DNA of 64,000 nt from an uncultured delta proteobacterium (GTDB taxonomy: Bacteria; Desulfobacterota; Binatia; UBA9968). Shown here piece by piece: positions 41,737 to 51,857 of the stretch (positions within the stretch are counted from its first letter, which is position 1; each line of letters starts with the position of its first letter). The translations under genes were made by a program, and so were the position numbers. The stretch is from the NCBI GenBank assembly GCA_963728565.1, contig CAVSLC010000004.1, positions 1-64,000 on the forward strand, read 5' to 3'. The notes under the pieces were generated by a model, which saw only the letters and a program-made list of their open reading frames with translations, was not told where the DNA came from and did no database searches.

Positions 41737-42897
41737 ATGCGCATAGCATATGGTGATCTGATCGGCGGAATCAGTGGCGACATGTTCGTCGCCGCGATCC
41801 TGGACCTGGGGCTGTCTCTTGAAGTTCTAAATCGGGAATTGCGAAAAATCCCCACATTGAAATTCGAACTCAATGTTGCAAAGAAAACCGTCCACTCGAT
41901 TGCTGCGACACATTTTCAGGTAAAGCCGCCGAGCAATGAAGCGCCGCGCTCCTGGAAACAGATTCGCCAGCTCATGGAGACGAGCGAACTGGCCCAAGAC
42001 GTCAAACAAACCAGCGTCAAGATCTTCCACCGTTTGGCCGAGGCCGAGGGAAAAATCCACGGTGTACCTGCGGAAGAAGTTCATTTTCACGAAGTGGGCG
42101 CAACCGATTCGATCGTCGACATCGTCGCAGCTGCAGTCGGCTTTCACGAGCTGAAGATCGACGCTGTGCATTTTTCCAAAGTACCGCTCGGACGCGCTTT
42201 GACGCACAGCGGCCATGGTCCGTTGCCGGTGCCGGGTCCTGCGACTCTGGAGCTGCTGAAAGGCATTCCGGTTCAGTGGGCTGCGCTCGAAGGCGAAACC
42301 GTCACTCCCACGGGAGCCGCGATCATGTCCGTGTTAGGAACCAGCTTTGGCGAACAACCGAGCATGACAGTGGAAAAAATCGGTTACGGCGCCGGACAGA
42401 AAGAATGGCCGGATCGTCCGAATGTAATTCGGCTTGTCCTCGGCGCCATCATCGACTGGCGGCAAGAAGAAATGCTCGTCATCGAAAGCAACATCGACGA
42501 CATGAACCCGCAGTTTTTCGAGCATGTCATGGATCGGCTGTTCGAGGCCGGCGCTCGAGATGTCTTTTTCTCGCCGATCCAAATGAAGAAAAACCGTCCC
42601 GCCGTGCTGGTGCGAGTTATCGCTGAGCCGCGCGATCGGGACAGGCTGGCGAGGATACTATTTGAGGAAACAACCACCATTGGCCTACGCTATCATTCGG
42701 TGGGCCGCATAATCCTCAACAGAACCGAGGCAACGATCAAAACACGCTTTGGCGATGTGAAGGTAAAAATCTTTCAGGAACCCGGCGGCGAAAAGCGCAT
42801 CAACCCTGAATACGACGATTTAAAACGGATCGCCATCGAGAAAAAAATCCCGCTCAACGTCCTGCGGGACGAGATTGTAAAAAGCTTCAAGGATTAA
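41737..42897 (+). CDS. larC: nickel-pincer cofactor biosynthesis protein LarC
   Basis: GISGDM, AEGKIHG...VHFHEVGA.DSIVD, GETVTPTGAA, ESNIDDM, MKKNRP, ETTTIG, PEYDD. Confidence 0.93.
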   Translation: MRIAYGDLIGGISGDMFVAAILDLGLSLEVLNRELRKIPTLKFELNVAKKTVHSIAATHFQVKPPSNEAPRSWKQIRQLMETSELAQDVKQTSVKIFHRLAEAEGKIHGVPAEEVHFHEVGATDSIVDIVAAAVGFHELKIDAVHFSKVPLGRALTHSGHGPLPVPGPATLELLKGIPVQWAALEGETVTPTGAAIMSVLGTSFGEQPSMTVEKIGYGAGQKEWPDRPNVIRLVLGAIIDWRQEEMLVIESNIDDMNPQFFEHVMDRLFEAGARDVFFSPIQMKKNRPAVLVRVIAEPRDRDRLARILFEETTTIGLRYHSVGRIILNRTEATIKTRFGDVKVKIFQEPGGEKRINPEYDDLKRIAIEKKIPLNVLRDEIVKSFKD

Positions 42898-43051
42898 CGA
42901 GGCCGTGCCTATCGGCAAATGTGACGGCGTGCTCGGCTCGGGCTCGGGAAGATACTCGCGTGGGCATCGGATAGTACCATCAAAAGGCTGTTCTCAATCG
43001 TGGAATCATGAGAAGGAATGAGAACAAGGCCACATCATGAGCTCTAGGCCA

Positions 43052-43777
43052 TCACCTAAGTGGTCGCCCACATAACACCGAATCTATGATCCGAAGATCA
43101 AATTGCTCCGCGAAAGAGTACGCGGCTTTATTGTAAGCATCTTCAGATGCGGCGGCGAACGGCAATTCTCCAGCACATCTCACTGCAGTGAGTGTCGAAA
43201 GAGCTTCACGGTTGGTCTCCGCCGCCAGCGATACGCCGCTTTCCAGCCGGTTCAAAACGTAACCAAGAACGCGTAGACCTTGGCAGCGGGCGTGTTCGAG
43301 CGTCAGCAGCAGATGATTGATCATACCGAGACGATTGGCGGCAATTACGATAACCGGAAGTTTGAGAACTCTGGCCAAGTCAGCGTAGGTATAGCTGGGT
43401 AATAGCGGCACCATTAGTCCGCCAGCGCCTTCAACAAGAGTGATGTCGTGACCTGAACGGATCTCGTCATAAACATTCATCAATCTGTCGACTTCCAGTG
43501 TGATGCCTTGGCGTTGTGCCGCCACACTGGGCGCCAGCGGTTCACGCAATTGATAAGGACATATTTTATCCAGCGGATCTTGAGAGGCGGACGCCTCTTT
43601 CAAAAGAATGGCGTCTTCGGGATAAAGTCTACCTTGTCGTTCAGCGCAGCCGCTTTCCGCCGGCTTCATCACGCCGACCCGGTATCCGGACTCACGCAGA
43701 AGGGCCGCCAGCTTGCACGCGAAAAAGGTTTTGCCGACGCCGGTGTCTGTGCCGGTGATGAAAACTCCCTTTCCCAT
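43052..43777 (-). CDS. bioD: dethiobiotin synthase
   Basis: FITGTDTGVGKT, KPAESG, EGAGGL.VP, LGMINH. Confidence 0.96.
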   Translation of the reverse strand: MGKGVFITGTDTGVGKTFFACKLAALLRESGYRVGVMKPAESGCAERQGRLYPEDAILLKEASASQDPLDKICPYQLREPLAPSVAAQRQGITLEVDRLMNVYDEIRSGHDITLVEGAGGLMVPLLPSYTYADLARVLKLPVIVIAANRLGMINHLLLTLEHARCQGLRVLGYVLNRLESGVSLAAETNREALSTLTAVRCAGELPFAAASEDAYNKAAYSFAEQFDLRIIDSVLCGRPLR

Positions 43778-45135
43778 TAGTTTTCCGTCACGACGCGAAT
43801 AGACTCGTGCACCGTATCCAAAAGTAAAGCGAGCTCGGCATCCGTAACCGATAGCGGTGGCATCAATATGATGATGTCTGCCAGGGGTCGGATCATGACA
43901 TTGCGTTTGCGCGCTTCCATGATCACTTTGTGACCAATGCGCTTCTCAGCGGGATAACTTTTGCGGCTGGCCTTATCCTCGACCAGCTCGATGCCGACCA
44001 TGAAACCCCATTGCCGCACATCGCTAACGTGCGCCAATGGCAGAAACTCTTCTCGGAGCCGCTTCTTTAAATACGAGATTCTCGGCTGCATGTTGTCGAC
44101 GATGTTTTCTCTCTGGAATAACTCGAGATTCGCAAGCGCCGTCGCACAACCGAGCGGATTGCCCGTGTAAGTATGGCCGTGAAAGAAGGTTTTATAATCT
44201 TTGTAGTCCCCTAGGAAGGCGGCAAAGACTTGTTCGCTGGTTAATGTCGCTGCCAGGGGCAGGTAGCCGCCGGTGATTCCTTTGGCCAGACAGACGATAT
44301 CGGGCCTTATCCCCGCGTGATCGCACGCGAACATTTTCCCGGTGCGGCCGAACCCCGTCGCTACTTCATCCACCACTAACAGAACCCCATAGCGCCGGCA
44401 GATTTCATCGAGAGCTTGCAAATATTCCACGGGGTGGGCCCACATCCCCGCGGCTCCCTGCATAAGCGGCTCCACGACCAGAGCGGCCAGAGTATCTTTA
44501 TTCCCGCTAATTTTTCTCTCCGCTTCATCGACAGCCGCATGAAGCGCCTCATCTCCGCTCATTTTCTGGTGGTAGCGAAAGACATGCGGCGGCGTGATTC
44601 GCACCACCGGAAACAGCAGGCTCTTGTGATAACGATGAAAGGTTTCCGAATAGCCCATGCTCATGGAGCCGACGGTATCGCCGTGGTATGACTCCGTCAG
44701 AGTCGCAATCAGGGTGCGCTTGGCTTGTCCCTCTAACTGCCAGTACTGGACCGCGATTTTGAGAGCCACTTCGACTGCCGTGGCGCCGCTGTCGGAATAG
44801 AAAACCCGCTGCAGTCCTGGAGGAGCCACTTCGATGAGCTTTTGCGCCAGCTCAATGCCGGGCACATGGCTCAGCCCAAGAAATGTCGAATGGGAAATGC
44901 GATCGAGCTGGCCGCGTATGGCATCGTCGAGCTCTTTTTTCCGATGCCCGTGAACGTTGCACCAAAGTGATGAAACTCCATCGAAATACCTGCGGCCGTT
45001 GATGTCGATCAGGTAATGCCCTTCGCCTTGGCTGATAATGCAGGGCTCCTCACCGATCCATTCCTGCATTTGCGTGAACGGATGCCAGAGGTATCTATGA
45101 TCCAGCTGCTTGAGGTTGTCGTAGTATTGAGTCAT
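43777..45135 (-). CDS. bioA: adenosylmethionine-8-amino-7-oxononanoate aminotransferase
   Basis: LWHPFTQM, DSGATAVEVALK, YHGDT, DEVATGFGRTG, AKGITGG, HGHTYTGNP. Confidence 0.96.
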   Translation of the reverse strand: MTQYYDNLKQLDHRYLWHPFTQMQEWIGEEPCIISQGEGHYLIDINGRRYFDGVSSLWCNVHGHRKKELDDAIRGQLDRISHSTFLGLSHVPGIELAQKLIEVAPPGLQRVFYSDSGATAVEVALKIAVQYWQLEGQAKRTLIATLTESYHGDTVGSMSMGYSETFHRYHKSLLFPVVRITPPHVFRYHQKMSGDEALHAAVDEAERKISGNKDTLAALVVEPLMQGAAGMWAHPVEYLQALDEICRRYGVLLVVDEVATGFGRTGKMFACDHAGIRPDIVCLAKGITGGYLPLAATLTSEQVFAAFLGDYKDYKTFFHGHTYTGNPLGCATALANLELFQRENIVDNMQPRISYLKKRLREEFLPLAHVSDVRQWGFMVGIELVEDKASRKSYPAEKRIGHKVIMEARKRNVMIRPLADIIILMPPLSVTDAELALLLDTVHESIRVVTEN

Positions 45136-45148
45136 TGCGGCTTGATCG

Positions 45149-46303
45149 CTAATGAACCGCTGCGAATGCCTCGAGCGCTCGATCTATTTGATGTGATGTA
45201 TGTGTCGCCATAAGCGTGATCCGCAACCGCGACGTTCCTGGCGGCACTGTCGGTGGACGGATGCCCTGAGCAAAAATACCGCGATCGAGCAATCGTTCCG
45301 ACAGGCGCATACACTGATCGGCATCGCCGATCATCAGCGGCAAGATCTGGCTTCGGCTGTCACCCAGCGAATATCCTAATCTCGCCAATCCATCTCGGAC
45401 TCTCGCGCAATTATAGCGCAACACACGCCGCCTTTCGGGCTCATGCTTGATCAATTCAAGAGCGGCAACGCCCATCGCCATGACAACAGGCGGCAGCGAT
45501 GTCGTGAATATAAAACTGCGGCAACGATTGATCAGCAGCTCACGCAGTGCCACGCTACCCGCGACGTATGCGCCAAACCCTCCCAGCGCTTTGCCGAGGG
45601 TGCCCATCTGCACGAGCACGCGCTCGCCTAGCCGCAATTGCGAAACGAGGCCGGCGCCGTCGGGTTCGTACACGCCCGTGGCATGCGCCTCATCGACCAT
45701 GGTCATGGCATCGTATCTTTCCGACAGCTCGACAATCTGTTTCAGCGGCGCTTCGTCCCCGTCCATGCTGAAAAGGGATTCGGTGACGATCAACTTACGC
45801 GAGCTGCGCGGCGCGTGCCTCAGGCCATCTTCCAGTTGATCGACATCGCAATGCCCGTATACGACAATTTTCGCCCGCGATAGGCGGCAACCATCGATGA
45901 TGCTGGCGTGATTGAGCGCATCGCTGAAAACCACATCGCCATCGCCGACCAGGGTGGGGATGATTCCTGTGTTGGCTTGGAAACCGGAATTGAAGATCAG
46001 TGCGGACTCGGTCCCTTTCAATTGAGCAAGCTTGATTTCAAGCTCTTCATGCAGAGTCATGTTCCCGGAAATCAGACGCGAGGCGCCCGACCCGCAGCCG
46101 TAACGGCCGAGCGCATCCGTTGCGGCTTTCCTCAGGGCCGGGTGATTGGCCAATCCCAGATAGTTGTTTGACGAGAAGTTTAACACTTCGCGGCCATCGA
46201 CCATCAAAGTCGGGCCTTGTTCGCCCTCTACAGACCGAAGACGGCGAAATAGCGACGCCGATTTGAGAGCTTGCAGTTCGTCCTCGATAAATTGCGGCAT
46301 CAT
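45149..46303 (-). CDS. bioF: 8-amino-7-oxononanoate synthase
   Basis: SSNNYLGL, NHASIIDG, FSMDGD, DEAH, GTLGKA, IRPPTVP; adjacent to bioA/bioD. Confidence 0.95.
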   Translation of the reverse strand: MMPQFIEDELQALKSASLFRRLRSVEGEQGPTLMVDGREVLNFSSNNYLGLANHPALRKAATDALGRYGCGSGASRLISGNMTLHEELEIKLAQLKGTESALIFNSGFQANTGIIPTLVGDGDVVFSDALNHASIIDGCRLSRAKIVVYGHCDVDQLEDGLRHAPRSSRKLIVTESLFSMDGDEAPLKQIVELSERYDAMTMVDEAHATGVYEPDGAGLVSQLRLGERVLVQMGTLGKALGGFGAYVAGSVALRELLINRCRSFIFTTSLPPVVMAMGVAALELIKHEPERRRVLRYNCARVRDGLARLGYSLGDSRSQILPLMIGDADQCMRLSERLLDRGIFAQGIRPPTVPPGTSRLRITLMATHTSHQIDRALEAFAAVH

Positions 46304-46395
46304 TTGGTGTGAACTAATAATACAGAGGTACTGTCACCGCAAGACGAGATCGTGATGGATCGGTCGGCAGTTGATTGAAACCACGGTAGAGACGT

Positions 46396-47055
46396 TCACG
46401 CGGCCGACAAGCTCTCTAGCTTCCGCTTAACCAGTTTCAGCTCGGAAGCAAAACGACGGTACTCTTGTTCGCGCTCGTCGTTGTCGCGCTGCCGAAGAAT
46501 GGCAGATGGATGAATGGTGACAAAGGTAAGTTTACCGAAAACGGAGTCGATAAACTTGCCGCGCTCTTTCAGGATCGCTACAGACTTACCGATAACCGAC
46601 TGTGCGGCCGTAGCCCCGAGGCAGACAAGAATCTCGGGCTGCACTACTGCTATTTCGACCTCGAGCCATGGCCTGCATGCAACGACCTGGCGAACAGAAG
46701 GCTTCTGATGCAGGCGCCGCTTGCCACGCCAGATCCACTTAAAGTGCTTCACCGCATTGGTCACGTAAACTTCATCGCGGGAAATTCGCGCGTCTTCCAG
46801 CGCCCGGTCAAGCATGCGGCCGGCCGGACCTACGAAGGGTTCACCTTTCTGATCTTCTATGTCGCCAGGCTGCTCACCCACCAGCATCACACTTGCATGG
46901 CCGGGCCCATCGCCAAAAACGGTCTGAGTGGCATTGAGGTAGAGATCACATCCTTTACACGATTTTGCCGCCTGCCGGAGAGATTCGAGCGAACGGTTTC
47001 GGGGCAAGAAATCGCTGGCCGAAATGTTTCCGGCTTTTTCGATCACCACACGCAA
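46396..47055 (-). CDS. udgX: UdgX-family uracil-DNA binding protein (family 4 UDG-like)
   Basis: CxxC Fe-S ligands, GEQPG, NAVKHFK, R-loop GKRRLHQKP, HPSAIL. Confidence 0.9.
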   Translation of the reverse strand: MRVVIEKAGNISASDFLPRNRSLESLRQAAKSCKGCDLYLNATQTVFGDGPGHASVMLVGEQPGDIEDQKGEPFVGPAGRMLDRALEDARISRDEVYVTNAVKHFKWIWRGKRRLHQKPSVRQVVACRPWLEVEIAVVQPEILVCLGATAAQSVIGKSVAILKERGKFIDSVFGKLTFVTIHPSAILRQRDNDEREQEYRRFASELKLVKRKLESLSAA

Positions 47056-47222
47056 AGCCTATCACTTGCACAGTTTGAGTCTAGATAGCTGGCTGGCTGG
47101 CATTATTAATCTATGAAGGATCGCCCCGTGCTTGCGTTTGTCCTGGCAACACCCGTTTAGTTTGCTACTTTCGCTCGCGCTGGATTAAACTCTTCTGACA
47201 AACTTATTGGACAGAAAGATAA

Positions 47223-48584
47223 ATGGCCAAACCCAAAACATTTTACGCCTGTCAGAGCTGCGGCTATCGAGCGCCCAAGTGGCTGGGCAAATGTCCCGAC
47301 TGCAATCAATGGAACAGCTTTGCTGAGGAGAGGCTTGAAAGAGCAACCAGCGTACGCGGTGAACTCAGCCTCGGAACCAAAGAAGATCCGGCCCCGATTC
47401 ATGAAATCAACACGGCAGAAGAAGGCCGTCTGCAATGTGGAATCGGCGAGTTCGATCGAGTATTGGGCGGCGGTCTGGTGCCGGGATCGGTTATTCTCAT
47501 CGGCGGCGATCCCGGCATTGGCAAATCGACCCTGTTACTGCAGGCATTTGCCGCGATAAGCCAGAAAGGACTTACTTGCCTTTATGTCTCGGGCGAAGAA
47601 TCACCGCGGCAAATCAAAATGCGCGCCGAACGATTGGGCATCGTCGCGCCCAATCTGCTCGTTCTCAGTGAAACCTCTTTGGAGAGAATCATAGAGCATG
47701 TCAAGCACATCCAACCCGGGCTGCTCGTCATCGATTCGATCCAAACTATTTTCAGTCCGACGATTCCATCCGCGCCCGGCAGCATAGCCCAGGTGAGAGA
47801 AAGCTCTGGCTCAATCATCGTGCTGGCGAAAAAGACCGGCCTAACGACTTTCTTAATCGGTCACGTTACCAAGGACGGCGCCATCGCCGGCCCGCGCCTG
47901 CTCGAGCACATGGTCGACACCGTGCTTTATTTCGAGGGCGAGCGCGGCCATTCGTTCCGTGTTCTGCGCGCCGTCAAGAATCGTTTCGGCTCGACCAATG
48001 AAATCGGCGTATTTGAAATGAAGGAAGCGGGACTCAAAGAGGTTAGCAATCCCTCCGAAATCTTCCTGATGGAGCGCCCGCTTCAGGTCCCGGGTTCGGC
48101 GGTGGTCTGCAGCATCGAAGGCACACGACCAATTTTGGTAGAGCTCCAGGCGCTGGTGAGTCGATCGTTCCTAGCCGTGCCTCGGCGGACCACCATCGGC
48201 GTAGATCACAACCGGGTCGCTTTGCTCGTCGCGGTTCTTGAAAAAAAGATGGGCGCCAAGCTTTTCGATCAGGATATTTTCGTCAACGTTGCCGGCGGCG
48301 TTCATGTCGACGAGCCGGCGGTCGACCTCGGGATCGTCGCTGCAATCGCTTCGAGCAGCCGCGAGAACGTTCTCGATCCGAAAACAGTTTTCTTCGGAGA
48401 AGTCGGTTTGGCCGGAGAGATCCGGGGCATCTCTCAAGCCGAAACCCGAATCAAGGAAGCAGGAAAATTAGGCTTTGAACGATGCATTCTTCCCGCCAGC
48501 AACAGCGCACAACTCCAACATATCAAACATCCCAAATTGTCGGGGGTGAGCTCCCTATCCGAGTGCTGGAAGGTGATGTTCTAG
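47223..48584 (+). CDS. radA: DNA repair protein RadA/Sms
   Basis: C4 zinc finger, GDPGIGKST, KNRFG. Confidence 0.98.
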   Translation: MAKPKTFYACQSCGYRAPKWLGKCPDCNQWNSFAEERLERATSVRGELSLGTKEDPAPIHEINTAEEGRLQCGIGEFDRVLGGGLVPGSVILIGGDPGIGKSTLLLQAFAAISQKGLTCLYVSGEESPRQIKMRAERLGIVAPNLLVLSETSLERIIEHVKHIQPGLLVIDSIQTIFSPTIPSAPGSIAQVRESSGSIIVLAKKTGLTTFLIGHVTKDGAIAGPRLLEHMVDTVLYFEGERGHSFRVLRAVKNRFGSTNEIGVFEMKEAGLKEVSNPSEIFLMERPLQVPGSAVVCSIEGTRPILVELQALVSRSFLAVPRRTTIGVDHNRVALLVAVLEKKMGAKLFDQDIFVNVAGGVHVDEPAVDLGIVAAIASSSRENVLDPKTVFFGEVGLAGEIRGISQAETRIKEAGKLGFERCILPASNSAQLQHIKHPKLSGVSSLSECWKVMF

Positions 48585-48772
48585 ACATTGATTTATCGTG
48601 GGAGCGTCGATGGTGGTGATCCACCGTCAATCCAAATGCGCTATGCGCGTGCGAGTGAAAATCGCATTGAGAAAAACGGGCGATCGTTTTAGATTTTGGC
48701 TGCTTATCATCAATCCTTTCACCACCTCCTCTTGTATCCGAAACCATGCTTGGTTATTAATAATACCGCCGT

Positions 48773-48858
48773 GCCGGAGTGGTGGAATGGCAGACGCGCC
48801 GGACTCAAAATCCGGTAGGGGAAACCCTGTGTGGGTTCAAGTCCCACCTCCGGCACCA
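48773..48858 (+). tRNA. tRNA-Leu (anticodon CAA)
   Basis: Acceptor GCCGGAG/CTCCGGC-A-CCA, anticodon arm CCGGA-CTCAAAA-TCCGG, long variable arm, T-arm GTGGG-TTCAAGT-CCCAC. Confidence 0.97.
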
Positions 48859-49021
48859 AGTTTTTCAGTTCCTTAGTTGGCGCGCCTGTCGCTGCGCCTC
48901 GGCCAGATTGCAGTTGGACTATGCAGGTATCTTCCCTGCCATTGAACCACACGTCAACAGTATTGCCCTTGCCGCTCGAATGCTCGTTTAGCGATCGCTC
49001 AAACAGCTCAAACAGCTCCTC

Positions 49022-50350
49022 TTATGATGATGCCGAGCGAACTTGTCGCATATTTCCGGCAAAGGGAGAGTTAACTAATTCAGTTTCGGGTCCAAGAAAT
49101 GAGGGGACAGTTTGGCCTTCGATAGCAGGAGCGGAGCGTGTCAAGTCCATCCCTACCTGCCGCCGAATTTCCAACGACCTGCCGCGCGATGCGGTTCGGG
49201 CCGCAGCCAACCATTCCAGCAGCGCCGCCAAAGCAATCATGATCGCGATGCCGGTCGCAGATACCGCCAACTGCATCGGCCATCGGCCGAAGACTTCGTT
49301 CAGTATCACATGTCCGAACACCGCGAGTACGGCACTAAGGCAGAAAATATGAAGCGAGTGACGTCCGCAGAGAACAAAAGGGCGCGCAACTTGACTAGCA
49401 AAGAACCGCCCCTGGGGATGAATCATGTGTCCTACCAACAACGCTAGGGCGAATATGTTCAGGAAACGAATCAATCCTAGATTCGTCTTACTCAAGAACA
49501 GCCACAGCGGCTCGCCTGGGATAGGACTTTTTATCGTACCGTAGAAGCCTTGCAGCGTCCAATTGAACCTAATCAAGAATCCGGCGACCACGAAGCCTGC
49601 GGCAAGGTAGATCCGCCAGCGACGGTCAAGCCAAAAAGCCTTCGCATGGTTGCTTCGCCAACCCAGCCAAGCACCCAGATAGAAAAGCGCTTGCCATGCG
49701 AACGGATTGAAACCCCAGTCCGCTGAGCCAGGCCACGCTGGCGGTGCAATCCAGCCATAGAACTGTACCGCAACCCAGAGCGATAAGGACGCGAGGATCA
49801 CGGGCTCCGGCCGGAACCGGAATCCGGCGAGCACTATGGGAAGGAATCCGAGACAGACAATGTAAAGCGGCAGGATATCCATGAAGCCCGGCTGAAATTG
49901 CAGCAACAATACTTTCGCCAGCGCGCGGCCAGGCTCCTGGAAAAAGAGTGGCGTGCCGATGAAATAATCAATGTAACGCGAAGTACTGAGGAGATCGGCG
50001 GTGTAGGAAATGGTCGCTATAAGCGTTACGAACAGGACGATGTTGGCAACATACAGCTGCCACACGCGGTAGTACACTCGAATTCCGGTCGTCAAAAAAC
50101 CCTCGCGCTCGATGCTGCGACTGTAAACGGTGCCTGCGGTGAAGCCGGAAACAAAGACGAAGACCTCAGCGGCGTCAGCGCACATCACTGCCTGAAGCGT
50201 GAACCACGCCAGAATGTTCCCCGGGATGTGACAGATAAAAATGGAGAAAAGAGCTAGGCCACGGAAAAAATCGAGCCGGAGGTCGCGCTCAGTGGCTATT
50301 GGGCCTCTTTCGCCGGTGAAGAGCGCCCACAATATGTGTAGTCTTGGCAT
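49022..50350 (-). CDS. opgC: OpgC-family membrane protein (periplasmic glucan succinyltransferase-like)
   Basis: RDLRLDFFRGLAL...H, DAAEVFVFVSG, DILPLY, WGFNPFAWQ, KTNL..IR, CGRHSL.IFC. Confidence 0.88.
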   Translation of the reverse strand: MPRLHILWALFTGERGPIATERDLRLDFFRGLALFSIFICHIPGNILAWFTLQAVMCADAAEVFVFVSGFTAGTVYSRSIEREGFLTTGIRVYYRVWQLYVANIVLFVTLIATISYTADLLSTSRYIDYFIGTPLFFQEPGRALAKVLLLQFQPGFMDILPLYIVCLGFLPIVLAGFRFRPEPVILASLSLWVAVQFYGWIAPPAWPGSADWGFNPFAWQALFYLGAWLGWRSNHAKAFWLDRRWRIYLAAGFVVAGFLIRFNWTLQGFYGTIKSPIPGEPLWLFLSKTNLGLIRFLNIFALALLVGHMIHPQGRFFASQVARPFVLCGRHSLHIFCLSAVLAVFGHVILNEVFGRWPMQLAVSATGIAIMIALAALLEWLAAARTASRGRSLEIRRQVGMDLTRSAPAIEGQTVPSFLGPETELVNSPFAGNMRQVRSASS

Positions 50351-50378
50351 ACGTGCGGACTTCCCAGAAAAGCCGCAC

Positions 50379-50394
50379 CGCTAAGGCTGTGCCA
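50379..50394 (-). promoter_or_regulatory. probable sigma54 promoter of opgC
   Basis: TGGCAC-AGCCT-TAGCG; GG-N10-GC spacing intact; ~18-nt leader as in the other two sigma54 sites. Confidence 0.5.
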
Positions 50395-50810
50395 GTGCCT
50401 TTCGCCGGACACGTACGGAAGGTGCCGCTTAAAACATGACAATTCTGTAACGGAAAAAGCCCGTGTTTCAGGAATTCGCGTGAAAAGGGTCGTCTAGCCC
50501 GAAACGTACACGTAAATGCCCCAACCCGCCACATAGATCGATCCTACTAACGCCACGGAGCTTATCCGAGTAACGTTTCCTGATCAAAGGGAACATTCAG
50601 CCCGCTGCGCCTGGGCGCATTTGCTAGTGACTATGAGCATTCCGCGGAACTGATCATGTAGAAAGCGGTGATATACGGCGTTCTTCAATCAGTCACCTAC
50701 GAAGCCGCACTAATCGGATAGATCGGTAAATCAATCATGCCAAATAAAGAAAATAATTGACAACAACTGACAACTTGCTCCAATATATGCCAAGCATTTA
50801 GGAGGAACTC

Positions 50811-51842
50811 ATGGAAAAATTTACTATGGCTGGAATAATCTTCGGCGGTCTTTTTTCATTTTCAGCGCTGCTTGGTGTCAGCTACGGCGCCACCGCAGCC
50901 TATAAGTTCACTACTCGAGACATACCGCTGCAATTTAGATTTTTAGGCGCTGCCCGGGAAGATATCGTTCGGTTCACAGACATCAATAATAAGGGGGAAA
51001 TAGTCGGAAACAATTTTGCCGGCGATGGATTCCTCATCAACAAGAAGCGCGAACCAATCGAGATCCGTTGTCCCGGTGATCAAAACGACAATCACAGCAC
51101 CCTCGTTTCGGGTATTAACAAAGTCGGACAAGTAGTTGGTTCCTGTACCGACGGGGCTTTCGTGCGCGATAGGAACGGCAATATCACCGTGCTTAATTTT
51201 CCGGGCGCGGAGGGCACGGTGGCCTCAGGAATAAACGACCTGGGCCATGTCGTAGGTCAATATTGGGGAACTCTTTTCGGGCAGGCGTTACAAAGGTTTC
51301 ATGGCTTTATCTGGAAGAACGGAGAGTACATCACCATTGATGCCGCCTTTCCTAACGCGATGTTCACATCGTTATCGGGGGTGAACAATGCCGGGCAGAT
51401 CATCGGCACGTACTTACATCAGCGGCCCGGCAGCAGCGACCCCAACGATTATGATAGCGAGTTAGCGTTCGTCTACGATAACGGCAGCTTCACTTCGTTG
51501 GATTTTCCGGGTGCCACCGCACCGTTCATATGTTGTGGAGCAACGACGCTGCCGATGGACATCAACAATGCCGGGCAGATAGTTGGATCAACCTACGATG
51601 GCGCAGGGAACTTACGGTTCTTTCTATATGATGACGGAAAGTACTTCGTGATTACTGGCCTGCCTGATGACGTTACGGACTTCGGCAGCGCATGGGGATT
51701 AAACGATCGGAGCGAAATAGCAGGCACCTACATCCGCAGGGTGCGTTGCGAAGGGTGCGGTATTGGGGGTGGACCGGGACATACCTTCGATTTGCACAGT
51801 TTCGTCGCCGAGCCGAAGCCTACTCACAAGAAAAATAAATAA
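50811..51842 (+). CDS. secreted repeat protein (HAF-like repeats, probable beta-propeller)
   Basis: Signal peptide; six (G/D)(I/V/L)Nxx(G/S)(Q/E/H)(I/V)xG repeats; AGGAGG RBS. Confidence 0.8.
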   Translation: MEKFTMAGIIFGGLFSFSALLGVSYGATAAYKFTTRDIPLQFRFLGAAREDIVRFTDINNKGEIVGNNFAGDGFLINKKREPIEIRCPGDQNDNHSTLVSGINKVGQVVGSCTDGAFVRDRNGNITVLNFPGAEGTVASGINDLGHVVGQYWGTLFGQALQRFHGFIWKNGEYITIDAAFPNAMFTSLSGVNNAGQIIGTYLHQRPGSSDPNDYDSELAFVYDNGSFTSLDFPGATAPFICCGATTLPMDINNAGQIVGSTYDGAGNLRFFLYDDGKYFVITGLPDDVTDFGSAWGLNDRSEIAGTYIRRVRCEGCGIGGGPGHTFDLHSFVAEPKPTHKKNK

Positions 51843-51857
51843 GGAACCGACACGAAG

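Noticed and set aside
48997-49018. GCTCAAACA tandem duplication after the tRNA
   Set aside because: Only about 2.4 copies of 9 bp; compatible with a chance slippage event.
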